Positions 38,081 through 50,458 of a stretch of 64,000 nucleotides of DNA are shown in pieces. The DNA is taken from positions 9,218-73,217 of the forward strand of contig JAPLEV010000053.1 in assembly GCA_026391005.1 (NCBI GenBank). Reading direction: 5' to 3'. This DNA is from Flavobacteriia bacterium. GTDB lineage: Bacteria; Bacteroidota; Bacteroidia; Flavobacteriales_D; Crocinitomicaceae. A model generated the notes under the pieces. That model was not told the DNA's origin and made no database searches. It saw only the letters and a list, made by a program, of their open reading frames with translations. The stretch's first letter is position 1. The number at the start of each line of letters is the position of its first letter. Made by a program: the position numbers and the translations under genes.

Positions 38081-40756
38081 ATGAAAAAAATTAATTTTAT
38101 TTTTGCTCAAAATAGATTATTTATGAAAATCTCAAACATTAAAAGATTTGGTCTTATAAGCCTAGGAATTTTCTTTTTAGGAAGTTGTGCTCAAGATGAA
38201 TCCTCTTCCACTGGTTGGAAATACAATAAACCAGAAAATGGTGGTTTTGAAAAGAAAGACTTTGAAGAACAAGAAACTGGTCCAGGTTTAGTAATGATTG
38301 AAGGTGGTACTTTTACCATGGGACGAACGGAAGAGGATGTAATGGATGATTGGAACGCGCGTGCAAGTAAAGTATCTGTAGCATCATTCTATATGGATCA
38401 AACTGAAGTTTCCAATTTTCATTGGTTAGAGTATGTTTATTGGATGAAGCGTGTTTACTATAAGTCATACCCGCACATTTATAAAAAGGCCTTGCCTGAT
38501 ACCTTAGTTTGGCGATCTCCATTATCATATAGAGAAAAATATGTTGAAAATTATTTTAGACATCCAAGTTATAGAGACTACCCTGTTGTTGGCGTTTCTT
38601 GGATTCAAGCAAACGATTTTTGTAAATGGAGAACTGACCGAGTAAACGAAGCCATATTAGTTAGAGAAGGTATTTTAGATTGGCATTTCTCAGAAGGAGA
38701 GGATGTGGCCTCAGCAAATGATCCAAAGTATGGCACTAAGTTTCGATCAGCACCTGAAAACATGTTTAATACTGATTCCTATCTAGCAGGCCAATATAAC
38801 CAAACCACCAAGGATGGGTATACTGTTACAACAGACATGAAGGGTGATTTTAAAGATAAAAATAAAAAAGATGTGCCTAGAGATCCTTATATGTTAGATA
38901 ATTATGATCCAGTATATGCCTATAAAGATGATCCTAACAACCCAAAATCTAGTGTTTACAGAGGTAAACGTCAGGTTCGAATAGAGGATGGAATTCTTCT
39001 TCCGAAATATCGTCTACCAATAGAAGCTGAATGGGAATTTGCGGCGAGCGGTTTATTAGGTAATTTAGACCCTAACTCTGAGAACATTGACCAAAGAAGA
39101 ATATATCCTTGGGATGGACATTACGTTCGTAAAGATGAGGAACAATTTCAAGGTTCAATCCAAGCAAACTTTACCCGAGGAAAAGGTGACTTAATGGGTG
39201 TTTCTGGTGCACTTAATGATGGTGCAGACATTACGTGTCGTGTAGACGATTTCTGGCCAAACGATTATGGTTTATATAATATGGCAGGCAATGTTTCTGA
39301 ATGGGTGATGGATACTTACAGACCTTTATCAAGTGAGGTTACTGACGAATTCATGCCTTTTAGAGGAAATGTATATCAAACTAAATTATTAGTACCTGAC
39401 GGACTTTATGATAAGCAAGTAAAAGCATCTGAAAATATCTATGATGTCTATGGAATGAAGGAATTTGTCAATGAGTATGCTAGGGTTAAATACTTAGCAA
39501 TGACGAATAACCCACTTGATCTTTCTACTAAGTTCCAAAGTAATTATGCTGATCAACAAAATAATTCAACAAGGAAGTTTTTGGATTTTACCGTAAGCTC
39601 CCAAGAATTATTAACTGGCGACATCCTAACTATTACTAATGATACGGTGTTAAGTAACAAAAGTAAATCGCCAATCAACTGGGCTATTTTAGGTGCTGAG
39701 TTTGTTGGTGGAACCAAAAGTTCAGACAATGAAATTAAAATTGTATTCAAAACTCCTGGTACATACACCATAAAACTTAGTCAAGGTGCTCAAAGTGAAA
39801 TAAAAACAGACTTAATCAGAGTTGTAAATACTAGTGATGAACTAAAAGGACTAGTAAATACCATAAGTAGTCAAACGAAAATCAAATCAAATCAAGACAA
39901 GAGAAAGTATCAATTTAATAGCCCTAGTAATACCTATTTAGCAAATAGCAGCCAGTATACTCTAAATGACAGTATTCAGTTTGCAGTCCTTGACGATATT
40001 AATGCTCTATTAGATACCGCAATTTTCTTATACAATAAAGGTAATACCATTAAAGCGTCTGCATATATTGAAAAGGTATTATTTGGCAACCCAAATAAGT
40101 CAGTAAAAGCAAGCGAATTTAGAAAAGGATTTGATAAAGAAAATGGGGATGAGGAAAGGTTTGGGGTACCATTAGTTAATAAAGATGATGAAGCCGATTA
40201 TTTTAGCATATTTACTGATGATTATCTCGAATTAAGATTTCATGACTACAAATTAGATCCTACCATATCATCATGGATAATTGTCCTTAGAAATGGCTTA
40301 AGTGAATTTATCTTAGAGAGTCGTGGAAAACAACGTTGGAGAAATGTTACCGAAGAGGAAAACGTAGGGCGTCTAAATTACCGAAAAGACGACTACATTG
40401 ATTATTTGGATGGTGATTTAGAGTCATCAATATACTATAATGACAAATCTCGAAAAGAGGATATCAATAGCGGAAAAAGAGATGGTTCTCAAGTTGTCTA
40501 TCAAAATGAACATGAAAACTATGATTTACAGGGCAAACAATTAAATATTGGTGTCAATGGTTGGCCAACGACACTTATATCCGATAAATCAAAAGTATAC
40601 AAGGGAGGTTCTTGGGCGGATCGTGCCTATTGGATGTCAGAAGGAAATCGAAGATTCTTAGATGAAGATAAATCTTCTGCTATGATAGGCTTCCGTTGTG
40701 CAATGGACAGAGTTGGTAGCTCTCGACAAAACGTTGATGAGAAAAAACGGAAATAA
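38081..40756 (+). CDS. gldJ: Gliding-motility lipoprotein GldJ, unusually long form (891 aa)
   Basis: Lipobox FFLGSC. FGE/sulfatase-modifying-factor-like blocks (GGTFTMGR, YPVVGVSW, MAGNVSEWV, KGGSWAD, IGFRCA). The gldJ-murF adjacency is conserved. An alternative start is the ATG at 38123. Confidence 0.88.
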   Translation: MKKINFIFAQNRLFMKISNIKRFGLISLGIFFLGSCAQDESSSTGWKYNKPENGGFEKKDFEEQETGPGLVMIEGGTFTMGRTEEDVMDDWNARASKVSVASFYMDQTEVSNFHWLEYVYWMKRVYYKSYPHIYKKALPDTLVWRSPLSYREKYVENYFRHPSYRDYPVVGVSWIQANDFCKWRTDRVNEAILVREGILDWHFSEGEDVASANDPKYGTKFRSAPENMFNTDSYLAGQYNQTTKDGYTVTTDMKGDFKDKNKKDVPRDPYMLDNYDPVYAYKDDPNNPKSSVYRGKRQVRIEDGILLPKYRLPIEAEWEFAASGLLGNLDPNSENIDQRRIYPWDGHYVRKDEEQFQGSIQANFTRGKGDLMGVSGALNDGADITCRVDDFWPNDYGLYNMAGNVSEWVMDTYRPLSSEVTDEFMPFRGNVYQTKLLVPDGLYDKQVKASENIYDVYGMKEFVNEYARVKYLAMTNNPLDLSTKFQSNYADQQNNSTRKFLDFTVSSQELLTGDILTITNDTVLSNKSKSPINWAILGAEFVGGTKSSDNEIKIVFKTPGTYTIKLSQGAQSEIKTDLIRVVNTSDELKGLVNTISSQTKIKSNQDKRKYQFNSPSNTYLANSSQYTLNDSIQFAVLDDINALLDTAIFLYNKGNTIKASAYIEKVLFGNPNKSVKASEFRKGFDKENGDEERFGVPLVNKDDEADYFSIFTDDYLELRFHDYKLDPTISSWIIVLRNGLSEFILESRGKQRWRNVTEEENVGRLNYRKDDYIDYLDGDLESSIYYNDKSRKEDINSGKRDGSQVVYQNEHENYDLQGKQLNIGVNGWPTTLISDKSKVYKGGSWADRAYWMSEGNRRFLDEDKSSAMIGFRCAMDRVGSSRQNVDEKKRK

Positions 40757-40772
40757 AAAATAAAAGTATTTA

Positions 40773-40797
40773 AGCCCCTTTCACGAGGGGCTTTTTT
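40773..40797 (+). terminator. Intrinsic terminator or attenuator between gldJ and murF
   Basis: 7-bp GC-rich stem AGCCCCT / AGGGGCT, a 6-nt loop and a T5 tail. It ends 8 nt before the murF ATG. Confidence 0.7.
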
Positions 40798-40805
40798 ATG
40801 GTACT

Positions 40806-42086
40806 ATGAATTTATATAGTTTATTTTACGAATCCTCTGGTATATGCACTGATACACGTGCTATTAGAAAAGACACACTATTTATTGCCCTAAAAGGAAG
40901 TAACTTCGACGGGAATGACTATGTAAAAAATGCATTATTAGAAGGAGCTAAATATTGCATTTCCGATAGACAATCAATCTGTGATAACGAAACAATTTTT
41001 TACGTTAAAGACGCGCTTGTATTTTTACAAGAACTTGCTCTTCACCATCGAGAAAAATTTAAAATTCCAATCATTGGAATAACAGGAAGCAACGGTAAAA
41101 CAAGTACAAAGGAACTTATCAATTGTGTATTAAGTAGACAGTACAAGGTACTTTGTACTGTTGGGAACCTAAATAATCACATCGGAGTGCCATTAACGAT
41201 TCTGAATCTCTCCCATAGCCATGAAATTGCCATTATTGAAATGGGAGCAAATAAACATGGTGACATTGCCGAGCTTTGTGCTATTGCTAAACCAACTCAT
41301 GGTATAATTACGAATATCGGTAAGGCTCATTTAGAGGGATTTAAGGACTTTAATGGAGTACTTCAAACTAAAAAAGAATTATACAATTCGGTGAGTCAAA
41401 GTAATGATGGTGTAATCTTTTATAATTTGGATGATTCATTACTCACTAGTAACCTACCTAAAAATACATTAAATATATCTTTTGGAACGAATCCTCAAAG
41501 CAACATCACTGGGGAACTAATCGCTTTAAATCCCGCTGTTAAATTGCGTTATGCCCACAATTCATACGAATCTGCTGCATTACAAACACAATTGATAGGG
41601 AAATACAACTTTTATAATTTTCTTTGCGCTATAAGCATCGGCGTATTTTTTAAAGTCAATGCGATAAATATTGAGAGCGCAATAGAAGAATATATATCAA
41701 AAAACAATCGCTCTCAAGTAGAAAAAACGCTTCATAACACCCTGATAGTTGATTGTTATAATGCTAATCCTAGCAGTATGGCTTCTGCCCTTGAAAGTTT
41801 CTTAATGATCGACCATGAAAATAAAATTGCTATTCTAGGCGATATGTTAGAGTTAGGAAAGGAAACTAATTCAGAGCATGAAAAAATTATTCATTATTGT
41901 GAAAACAATCAAATTAACTATCTGACTGTGGGCGGCTATTTTGCTGCAGTTACTTTAGCAGGAAAATCGTTTTTATCTACAGATGAGATAAGTACTTATT
42001 TAAGTAAGTCCCCCTTAAAAGATGCATTGATTTTATTAAAAGGATCTAGAGGTATTGCATTAGAAAAACTCTTGCCACTCTTATAA
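40806..42086 (+). CDS. murF: UDP-N-acetylmuramoyl-tripeptide--D-alanyl-D-alanine ligase
   Basis: GITGSNGKTSTKE P-loop and Mur ligase layout. Confidence 0.92.
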   Translation: MNLYSLFYESSGICTDTRAIRKDTLFIALKGSNFDGNDYVKNALLEGAKYCISDRQSICDNETIFYVKDALVFLQELALHHREKFKIPIIGITGSNGKTSTKELINCVLSRQYKVLCTVGNLNNHIGVPLTILNLSHSHEIAIIEMGANKHGDIAELCAIAKPTHGIITNIGKAHLEGFKDFNGVLQTKKELYNSVSQSNDGVIFYNLDDSLLTSNLPKNTLNISFGTNPQSNITGELIALNPAVKLRYAHNSYESAALQTQLIGKYNFYNFLCAISIGVFFKVNAINIESAIEEYISKNNRSQVEKTLHNTLIVDCYNANPSSMASALESFLMIDHENKIAILGDMLELGKETNSEHEKIIHYCENNQINYLTVGGYFAAVTLAGKSFLSTDEISTYLSKSPLKDALILLKGSRGIALEKLLPLL

Positions 42087-42102
42087 TTATTGATCTATTT
42101 TA

Positions 42103-43185
42103 TTACGCCCCATATTGCATAAGAAACGCTTTCAGAAAAGGATCGAGGTGACCATCCATAACTGCTTCAACATCTGAGGTTTCAGTTCCAGTGCGCACAT
42201 CCTTGACTAATTTATAAGGTTGCATTACATAATTACGGATCTGAGACCCCCACTCTATTTTCTTTTTGCCAGCTTCGATTTCATTTCGTTTTTCAAGACG
42301 TTCACGCAGTACTAATTCATATAACTGCGAACGAAGAAGCTGCAGGGCTTTTTCTTTATTTGCCAATTGAGAACGAGATTCAGAATTTTCAATTATAATT
42401 CCAGAAGGGGCGTGTCGAAGACGAACAGCTGTTTCCACTTTATTTACATTTTGCCCCCCTGCTCCACCAGATCTAAACGTTTCAAAACTCACATCCGCAG
42501 GATTCACATAAATATCTATATTATCATCAACGAGAGGATAGACGTAAACCGAAACAAAAGACGTATGTCTTTTCGCATTTGAATCAAATGGGGAAATACG
42601 TACAAGTCGATGAACACCATTTTCGCCTTTCAAATAACCAAAAGCAAACTCTCCTTCAAACTCAATGGTAACTGTTTTAACACCCGCCACATCGCCTTCC
42701 TGAAAATTAAGCTCTGTTAGTTTGTGCCCTTTCTTTTGTCCCCACATCATGTACATGCGCATTAGCATGGACGCCCAATCACAACTCTCTGTGCCTCCAG
42801 CGCCTGCAGTGATTTGAACAACCGCACTTAAAGCATCTTCTTCGCCGGATAACATGTTTTTTAATTCTAATTCTTCGACGCCTGCTTGAATTTCAATAAA
42901 ATTGAGATCCACTTCTTTTTGATCAGCTGCGCCCTCTTTAACAAATTCCATCAATACGTCAAGATCTTGGGTTGCAGTATTAAGCCGATCAAAACTATCT
43001 ACCCAATATTTCAAGCCACGGATAATCTTCATTTGTTTTTCTGCTTTTTTAGGATCATCCCAAAAATTTGGATCCTGAGAACGAAGGTCCTCCTCACGTA
43101 ATTGCTGTCTTTTATCACTAATTTTCAAGTAAACTGAAATTTCCTCTACTCGTTTGATTAAATCCTTGTATTGTTCATTCGTCAT
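42103..43185 (-). CDS. prfB: Peptide chain release factor 2 (single uninterrupted ORF)
   Basis: SPF and GGQ ([17 protein letters not shown]) motifs. Start at the ATG at 43185 (MTNEQYK). No in-frame TGA occurs at the usual frameshift position (the reading is YLKISDK). Confidence 0.92.
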   Translation of the reverse strand: MTNEQYKDLIKRVEEISVYLKISDKRQQLREEDLRSQDPNFWDDPKKAEKQMKIIRGLKYWVDSFDRLNTATQDLDVLMEFVKEGAADQKEVDLNFIEIQAGVEELELKNMLSGEEDALSAVVQITAGAGGTESCDWASMLMRMYMMWGQKKGHKLTELNFQEGDVAGVKTVTIEFEGEFAFGYLKGENGVHRLVRISPFDSNAKRHTSFVSVYVYPLVDDNIDIYVNPADVSFETFRSGGAGGQNVNKVETAVRLRHAPSGIIIENSESRSQLANKEKALQLLRSQLYELVLRERLEKRNEIEAGKKKIEWGSQIRNYVMQPYKLVKDVRTGTETSDVEAVMDGHLDPFLKAFLMQYGA

Positions 43186-43255
43186 AACGCAAAAATAATT
43201 AATCTTTAAGAACAAAAGAGATTTAAAATTTCTTAGCTAAATAATAGAAATTATT

Positions 43256-43263
43256 TACCTTTG
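43256..43263 (+). promoter_or_regulatory. Bacteroidota-type -7 box TACCTTTG
   Basis: Perfect TAnnTTTG match 17 nt upstream of the gcvH ATG. Confidence 0.3.
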
Positions 43264-43279
43264 AAAAAAAGCAAGAAAC

Positions 43280-43657
43280 ATGAGTGTACCAGCAGAATTA
43301 AAATATACCAAAGACCACGAATGGGTTAGAATGGATGGTGAAATTGCCATTGTAGGAATTACAGCGTTTGCGCAAGGAGAATTAGGAGATATTGTCTATG
43401 TAGAAATAGAAACGGTTGGTGAATCTTTAGATCGAGAAGAAGTTTTTGGTTCAATAGAAGCCGTTAAAACTGTATCAGATTTATTCATGCCATTGAGCGG
43501 TGAAATTTTAGAACTTAATGAGGCATTAGAAGGCAATCCAGCATTAGTGAACAGTGACCCTTATGGCGAGGGATGGATGGTAAAAATTAAAGTTTCCAAT
43601 CCTAGTGAACTAGATCAATTACTTAAAGCCGAAGAGTATAACGGATTGGTTCATTAA
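43280..43657 (+). CDS. gcvH: Glycine cleavage system protein H
   Basis: 125 aa. Lipoyl-lysine context IEAVKTVSD. Confidence 0.93.
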   Translation: MSVPAELKYTKDHEWVRMDGEIAIVGITAFAQGELGDIVYVEIETVGESLDREEVFGSIEAVKTVSDLFMPLSGEILELNEALEGNPALVNSDPYGEGWMVKIKVSNPSELDQLLKAEEYNGLVH

Positions 43658-43680
43658 ATAAATCATATAAAAAATAAAAA

Positions 43681-43703
43681 GGCGCTCAATGAGCGCCTTT
43701 TTT
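43681..43703. terminator. Bidirectional intrinsic terminator between convergent gcvH and gyrB
   Basis: GGCGCTC-AAT-GAGCGCC hairpin flanked by an A-run upstream and a T-run downstream. Confidence 0.8.
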
Positions 43704-43726
43704 AATGCTTTAAAAATAGAAGTTGC

Positions 43727-45691
<1,965 letters not shown>

Positions 45692-45798
45692 TTAAAAATC
45701 ATTTGTATTTTAATAACAAAAATACAAATAATAAGCGTGTTTTAAGTGAAAAAAAAACACTGAAAACCCTTAACTTATCAACAAAATATGAACGAAAA

Positions 45799-46368
45799 TT
45801 ATCCTTTTATCCAATCGACAATAGAAGCGTCCATTGGGGAGGTTTGAGGAGAAATAACCTTAACTAAAAAACCATCTTCATCCAATAGGTATTTTTGAAA
45901 ATTCCACTGAACATTACTATCTTCTAAACCGTTTGATTCCTTTTCTGTCAAAAACTTATAAATAGGATGCATATCCTTACCTTTAACTGAAATTTTGGAC
46001 ATCATAGGAAAAGATACACCGTAATTTTTTTTACAAAAATCCGCTATATTTTCATTTGAACCTGGTTCTTGTCCCATAAAATTATTCGCTGGAAATCCAA
46101 CAATTATAAAATTTTTGTCTTTGTAGGTTTTGTACAAGGTTTCTAAATCTTCATATTGGGGGGTTAATCCACACTTAGAAGCCGTGTTGACTACTAAAAT
46201 TTTTTTTCCTTTTAGTGCAGCAAAATCGTATGTTTGTCCGTTAATGTCTTGAACAGTAAAGGAATGAATGGATATTTTTGGAGACGTACTTGACATAGTT
46301 TTTTTGGGGTTTAGGTTCGAACAAACAACAAAAATTAATGCAACTAAACTAAAAGTAATTGTTTTCAT
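45799..46368 (-). CDS. Glutathione peroxidase (Cys type, with signal peptide)
   Basis: VVNTASKCGLTPQY active-site block and a WNFQKYL motif. Confidence 0.88.
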   Translation of the reverse strand: MKTITFSLVALIFVVCSNLNPKKTMSSTSPKISIHSFTVQDINGQTYDFAALKGKKILVVNTASKCGLTPQYEDLETLYKTYKDKNFIIVGFPANNFMGQEPGSNENIADFCKKNYGVSFPMMSKISVKGKDMHPIYKFLTEKESNGLEDSNVQWNFQKYLLDEDGFLVKVISPQTSPMDASIVDWIKG

Positions 46369-46456
46369 ATAATGGTTTTAAGTATAACAAGGTAAATAAA
46401 AAATTGTTTCATAAACAAAAAACAAACCTTTTTTTTGGTTTTACGAATAAGATAAC

Positions 46457-47332
46457 ATGCATAAATTCCAACTTTTAATCCTTTTTTGTTTATTACTTGC
46501 ACCATGGAGTTTTTGTCAATTCAAAATCAGTGGTACGTGGCAAGGATTAATTTGTAAAGAAAATCAAGATTGGATAACCTCTGAACCAATTTATTTTGAC
46601 CTCATCTGCATTGGGTCAACAATAAGTGGCGAAAGCCGAGATGAAAAATACAATACAAACAATTATTCCTTGAAAATAATTAATGGAAAACTTAGTGAAG
46701 GAAAATCGATAAAATCGATCGTGATTTCACAATTTATACACCCCTCTAAATCTGGAAAGGATGTCCAATCATGCCTACTCGATTTCACAATTAAATATAA
46801 TGATACCACGGGCTATTTTGAAGGAAACTATACAAGCACTAAGTGTCCTAGCGAAAAAGGTAAAATCATCTTATACAAATCTAGTTTAGCGTTTAATTTA
46901 GATCCAAAACCGTTGAGTCCTCACGCTTGGGTAGATCGCTTTAGATCAGATGTAATATACGGCTTATCAGCTGTCGAAAAACGACAAAAGGAACTTCAAG
47001 AATTTCAATTTGAACCCATTTATTTTTCCTATAATTCCGACAGTATCCCATTGAAGTACACACTTTTTTTAAATAAAATGACTAAAATAATCTTAGGTCA
47101 TTCTGATTTGAGAATCAAAATAATCGGGAATACAGATGCTGACGGCTCAGACAGGTTCAATGAAAATTTATCATTAAGGCGTGCAGAATCATTAACACAA
47201 TACTTTGAGAATAGAGGATTAAAACGAGATCGAATTCTAATTGAGTATCATGGTGAAAAAAACCCAGCAGATTCAAATAAAACAGCAGAAGGAAGAAGAA
47301 AAAATAGAAGGGTAGAGTTCAAATTTATATAA
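46457..47332 (+). CDS. OmpA-family (peptidoglycan-binding) protein
   Basis: C-terminal OmpA-like domain (GNTDADGSDRFNENLSLRRAESL...NRRVEFKF). Signal peptide present. Confidence 0.82.
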   Translation: MHKFQLLILFCLLLAPWSFCQFKISGTWQGLICKENQDWITSEPIYFDLICIGSTISGESRDEKYNTNNYSLKIINGKLSEGKSIKSIVISQFIHPSKSGKDVQSCLLDFTIKYNDTTGYFEGNYTSTKCPSEKGKIILYKSSLAFNLDPKPLSPHAWVDRFRSDVIYGLSAVEKRQKELQEFQFEPIYFSYNSDSIPLKYTLFLNKMTKIILGHSDLRIKIIGNTDADGSDRFNENLSLRRAESLTQYFENRGLKRDRILIEYHGEKNPADSNKTAEGRRKNRRVEFKFI

Positions 47333-47335
47333 ATG

Positions 47336-49963
47336 CTACTCAAATCCCGCCAATTTTTCACTTAGAATTTTAATTTTTGCTAGGGCATCTTGCTCTTTCT
47401 TTTTTTCGCTTTCTACCACAGAACTTTGTGCACCTGAAACAAATTTTTCATTTGATAATTTTCCTTGAACACTTTTAAGAAAGCCCTTGATATATTCTAA
47501 TTCAGCAAGAATTTTATTTTTTTCAGCGACAATGTCTATTTCCTCTCCAAAAGGAATAAAAAATTCTTTCCCTCCCAAAAGAAAAGAAAAAGCACCTTTC
47601 ATATCTTCATTGATATATTCCATCGTTGAGAGATTCCCAAGTTTTACAATTACCGCATGAAAATTTAATTGTTCATTGACCTGGCTTTTGACAAAGAGAG
47701 AAAGCTTCACCTTATTAGCAATATTTTGTTGCTTCCGAATATTTCTAATATTTGAAACGACCGCTTCACACTGATTAAAACTAAGTAATGTGGCATCATC
47801 CACTTTTCCAGCAATAGGCCAAGATGCTACAATAATATCATTTCCTTTCTTGTCATTTCCAATCAGATGCCATAATTCTTCCGAAATAAAAGGAGCGAAT
47901 GGATGTACCAATATCAAAAGTTTTTCAAAAAATGAAATAGTACGTTCCTTTGACAACTTATCAATAGGTTGTTCATAGCCAGGCTTTACAATTTCCAAAT
48001 ACCATGAGCAGAAATCATCCCAAATCAACTTATAGGTAAGCATGAGTGCATCAGAGATTCTAAACTTATCAAAGGCATCATTTATTTCGGATAAGGCCTT
48101 ATTAAATTTGCTTTCAAACCAATTAATCGCCAAATTAGCTGATTGTGGTTGTTCAAAATCAACTACTTCCCAAGCAGACACAAGCCGATAAACATTCCAC
48201 AATTTATTGGTAAAATTTCGTCCTTGTTCACATTGAGAGGTATCAAAAGGTAAATCATTTCCTGCAGGAGATGAAATCAGCACACCAATCCGAACACCAT
48301 CTGCACCATACTGGTCAATTAAGGCAATCGGATCAGGTGAGTTACCCAATGATTTAGACATCTTTCGTCCTAATTTATCGCGAACAATTCCCGTGTAATA
48401 TACATTTTTAAAGGGCAAATCACCTTTATATTCATAGCCCGCTATCACCATCCTTGCCACCCAAAAAAACATGATATCAGGACCAGTTACTAAATCATTG
48501 GTAGGAAAATAATAATTTATTTCTGGATTATTAGGTTGTGTCAAGCCATTAAAAACTGAAATTGGCCATAACCAACTTGAAAACCAAGTATCGAGCACAT
48601 CTTCATCTTGCTTAAGCGCCTCAGCTTTATAAACGACACCTGTTTTTTCATGCGCTAAGCTAGCCGCTTTATCAGCAGTTAGTGCTACAACAAAATCATT
48701 TACACCTTCTCCATAATACCATGCAGGAATTCGATGTCCCCACCACAATTGCCTTGAAATACACCAATCCTTGACGTTTTCCATCCAATGACGATAGGTA
48801 TTTTTGAACTTCTCAGGATAAAATTGAATATTATTATTCATAACATTTTCCAAAGCAGGCTTCGCCAAATCTTTCATTTCTACAAACCATTGCATAGAAA
48901 GTTTCGGTTCAATTATAGCATTTGTCCGTTCTGAAAACCCGACCTTATTAATGTGATCTTCCGTTTTTACAAGAAATCCCGTTTCATGCAATTCCTTTTC
49001 TATTAATTTACGAACTTCAAATCGATCCACACCTTCGTAATGCAAACCATTATTATTTAATGTCCCATTTTCGTTAAAAAGATCAATTGAAGCTAGATTA
49101 AACTTCCTTCCTATTTCATAATCATTAATATCATGAGCAGGTGTAATTTTAAGACATCCTGTCCCAAATTCCATATCGACGTAATCATCTGTCAAAATAG
49201 GAACGATGCGATTTACAATCGGAACGATGACGCTTTTACCATGCAAGTGAGTAAACCGCTTATCCAACGGATTAACACATATTGCTGTATCGCCAAGAAT
49301 AGTTTCAGGTCGTGTGGTTGCAATAGTTATCCACTCATCATCTGAGCCATCAATTTTATAACGGACATAAAAAAGACGAGAATTAACTTCTTTATAGATT
49401 ACCTCTTCATCCGAAACCGCCGTTAGGGCCTCAGGATCCCAATTCACCATTCGGACACCTCGATATATTTTACCTTTATTAAAAAGGTCGATAAAAACAT
49501 TCACAACCGATTCAGAATACTCTTTATCCATCGTAAAATGAGTACGTTCCCAATCGCAAGAAGCGCCAAGTTTCTTAAGTTGTTCAAGAATAATTCCACC
49601 ATGCTTATCCTTCCATTGAAATGCATGACTTAAAAACTCATCACGTGTTAAATCAGATTTTTGAATTCCCTCCGCCTTTAGTTTTTGTACTATTTTTGCT
49701 TCAGTAGCAATGGAAGCGTGATCCGTTCCGGGAACCCAACACGCATTTTTACCCAACATCCTAGCCCGTCTAATCAAAACATCTTGTATAGTGCTATTGA
49801 GCATGTGGCCCATGTGCAAGACACCGGTAATATTTGGAGGAGGAATTACAATTGTATAAGGTTCCCTGTTGTCAGGAACAGAATGAAAATAGCCTTTTTC
49901 CATCCAATGGGCATACCATTTCTCTTCTATTTTGCCAGGCTCAAATATTTTAGGCGTTTCCAT
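47336..49963 (-). CDS. valS: Valine--tRNA ligase
   Basis: HMGH (HIGH-type) and KMSKSLGN motifs, plus a C-terminal coiled coil. Length is 875 aa. Confidence 0.95.
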   Translation of the reverse strand: METPKIFEPGKIEEKWYAHWMEKGYFHSVPDNREPYTIVIPPPNITGVLHMGHMLNSTIQDVLIRRARMLGKNACWVPGTDHASIATEAKIVQKLKAEGIQKSDLTRDEFLSHAFQWKDKHGGIILEQLKKLGASCDWERTHFTMDKEYSESVVNVFIDLFNKGKIYRGVRMVNWDPEALTAVSDEEVIYKEVNSRLFYVRYKIDGSDDEWITIATTRPETILGDTAICVNPLDKRFTHLHGKSVIVPIVNRIVPILTDDYVDMEFGTGCLKITPAHDINDYEIGRKFNLASIDLFNENGTLNNNGLHYEGVDRFEVRKLIEKELHETGFLVKTEDHINKVGFSERTNAIIEPKLSMQWFVEMKDLAKPALENVMNNNIQFYPEKFKNTYRHWMENVKDWCISRQLWWGHRIPAWYYGEGVNDFVVALTADKAASLAHEKTGVVYKAEALKQDEDVLDTWFSSWLWPISVFNGLTQPNNPEINYYFPTNDLVTGPDIMFFWVARMVIAGYEYKGDLPFKNVYYTGIVRDKLGRKMSKSLGNSPDPIALIDQYGADGVRIGVLISSPAGNDLPFDTSQCEQGRNFTNKLWNVYRLVSAWEVVDFEQPQSANLAINWFESKFNKALSEINDAFDKFRISDALMLTYKLIWDDFCSWYLEIVKPGYEQPIDKLSKERTISFFEKLLILVHPFAPFISEELWHLIGNDKKGNDIIVASWPIAGKVDDATLLSFNQCEAVVSNIRNIRKQQNIANKVKLSLFVKSQVNEQLNFHAVIVKLGNLSTMEYINEDMKGAFSFLLGGKEFFIPFGEEIDIVAEKNKILAELEYIKGFLKSVQGKLSNEKFVSGAQSSVVESEKKKEQDALAKIKILSEKLAGFE

Positions 49964-50049
49964 TACTTAATTTTGGCTCAAAGATAGAAAATTATCTAGC
50001 TCATGAAGAAAATTGAGAATTCGAATAAGAAAACTTACACTAAAAAAAG

Positions 50050-50445
50050 TTAGTGTTTTTCCGGTAATACATTTCCCGAAATAGTCAATACCACAGGTAA
50101 GCCAACATTCGATGTAACAGTAATTGTTTTTGTAAATTGCCCTACACGATAGGTATCATAAGAAACAGAGATCTTACCTTTACCCCGTTTTTTGATTTCT
50201 CCATTCGGCTTTTCCGCAGTAGTACAACCACAGCTTGTTTGCACATTATCAATAATTACCGGCGTCTTTGATGTATTAACAAATTCAAAAACGAATAACT
50301 CCTTACTTGCAAATTCGATATCGCCACGTGCAATTTCAACAGTTTTAAACTTAAGACCTTTCTTAACATAACCGGTCGGGTTAGAATTTTGAGCTTGCGC
50401 AATTGAAAAGCAAATTGGAATAAGAAATAATACTAAAATTTTCAT
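50050..50445 (-). CDS. DUF1573-like secreted protein
   Basis: Signal peptide and the characteristic SCGCT motif within a ~110-aa beta-sandwich-sized domain. Confidence 0.7.
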   Translation of the reverse strand: MKILVLFLIPICFSIAQAQNSNPTGYVKKGLKFKTVEIARGDIEFASKELFVFEFVNTSKTPVIIDNVQTSCGCTTAEKPNGEIKKRGKGKISVSYDTYRVGQFTKTITVTSNVGLPVVLTISGNVLPEKH

Positions 50446-50458
50446 CGGTTTATATTTT

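Noticed and set aside
42103-43215. I looked for the programmed +1 frameshift site (CTT TGA C) typical of prfB.
   Set aside because: The gene is a single uninterrupted ORF. The corresponding region reads TAC TTG AAA ATT (YLKI) with no in-frame stop, so this RF2 does not use frameshift autoregulation. The listed TTG start at 43215 adds 10 implausible residues, and I use the ATG at 43185.
43216-43279. A glycine riboswitch upstream of gcvH, and other riboswitch or leader RNAs in the intergenic gaps.
   Set aside because: The gap is only 64 bp and shows no conserved riboswitch-like helices. No intergenic region in the window exceeds about 190 bp, and none shows convincing structured-RNA features apart from the terminators and the tRNA leader repeats.
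45799-46368. Possible selenocysteine (TGA) recoding in glutathione peroxidase.
   Set aside because: The active-site residue is an ordinary Cys within an uninterrupted ORF (NTASKCGLTPQ). No in-frame TGA is present.
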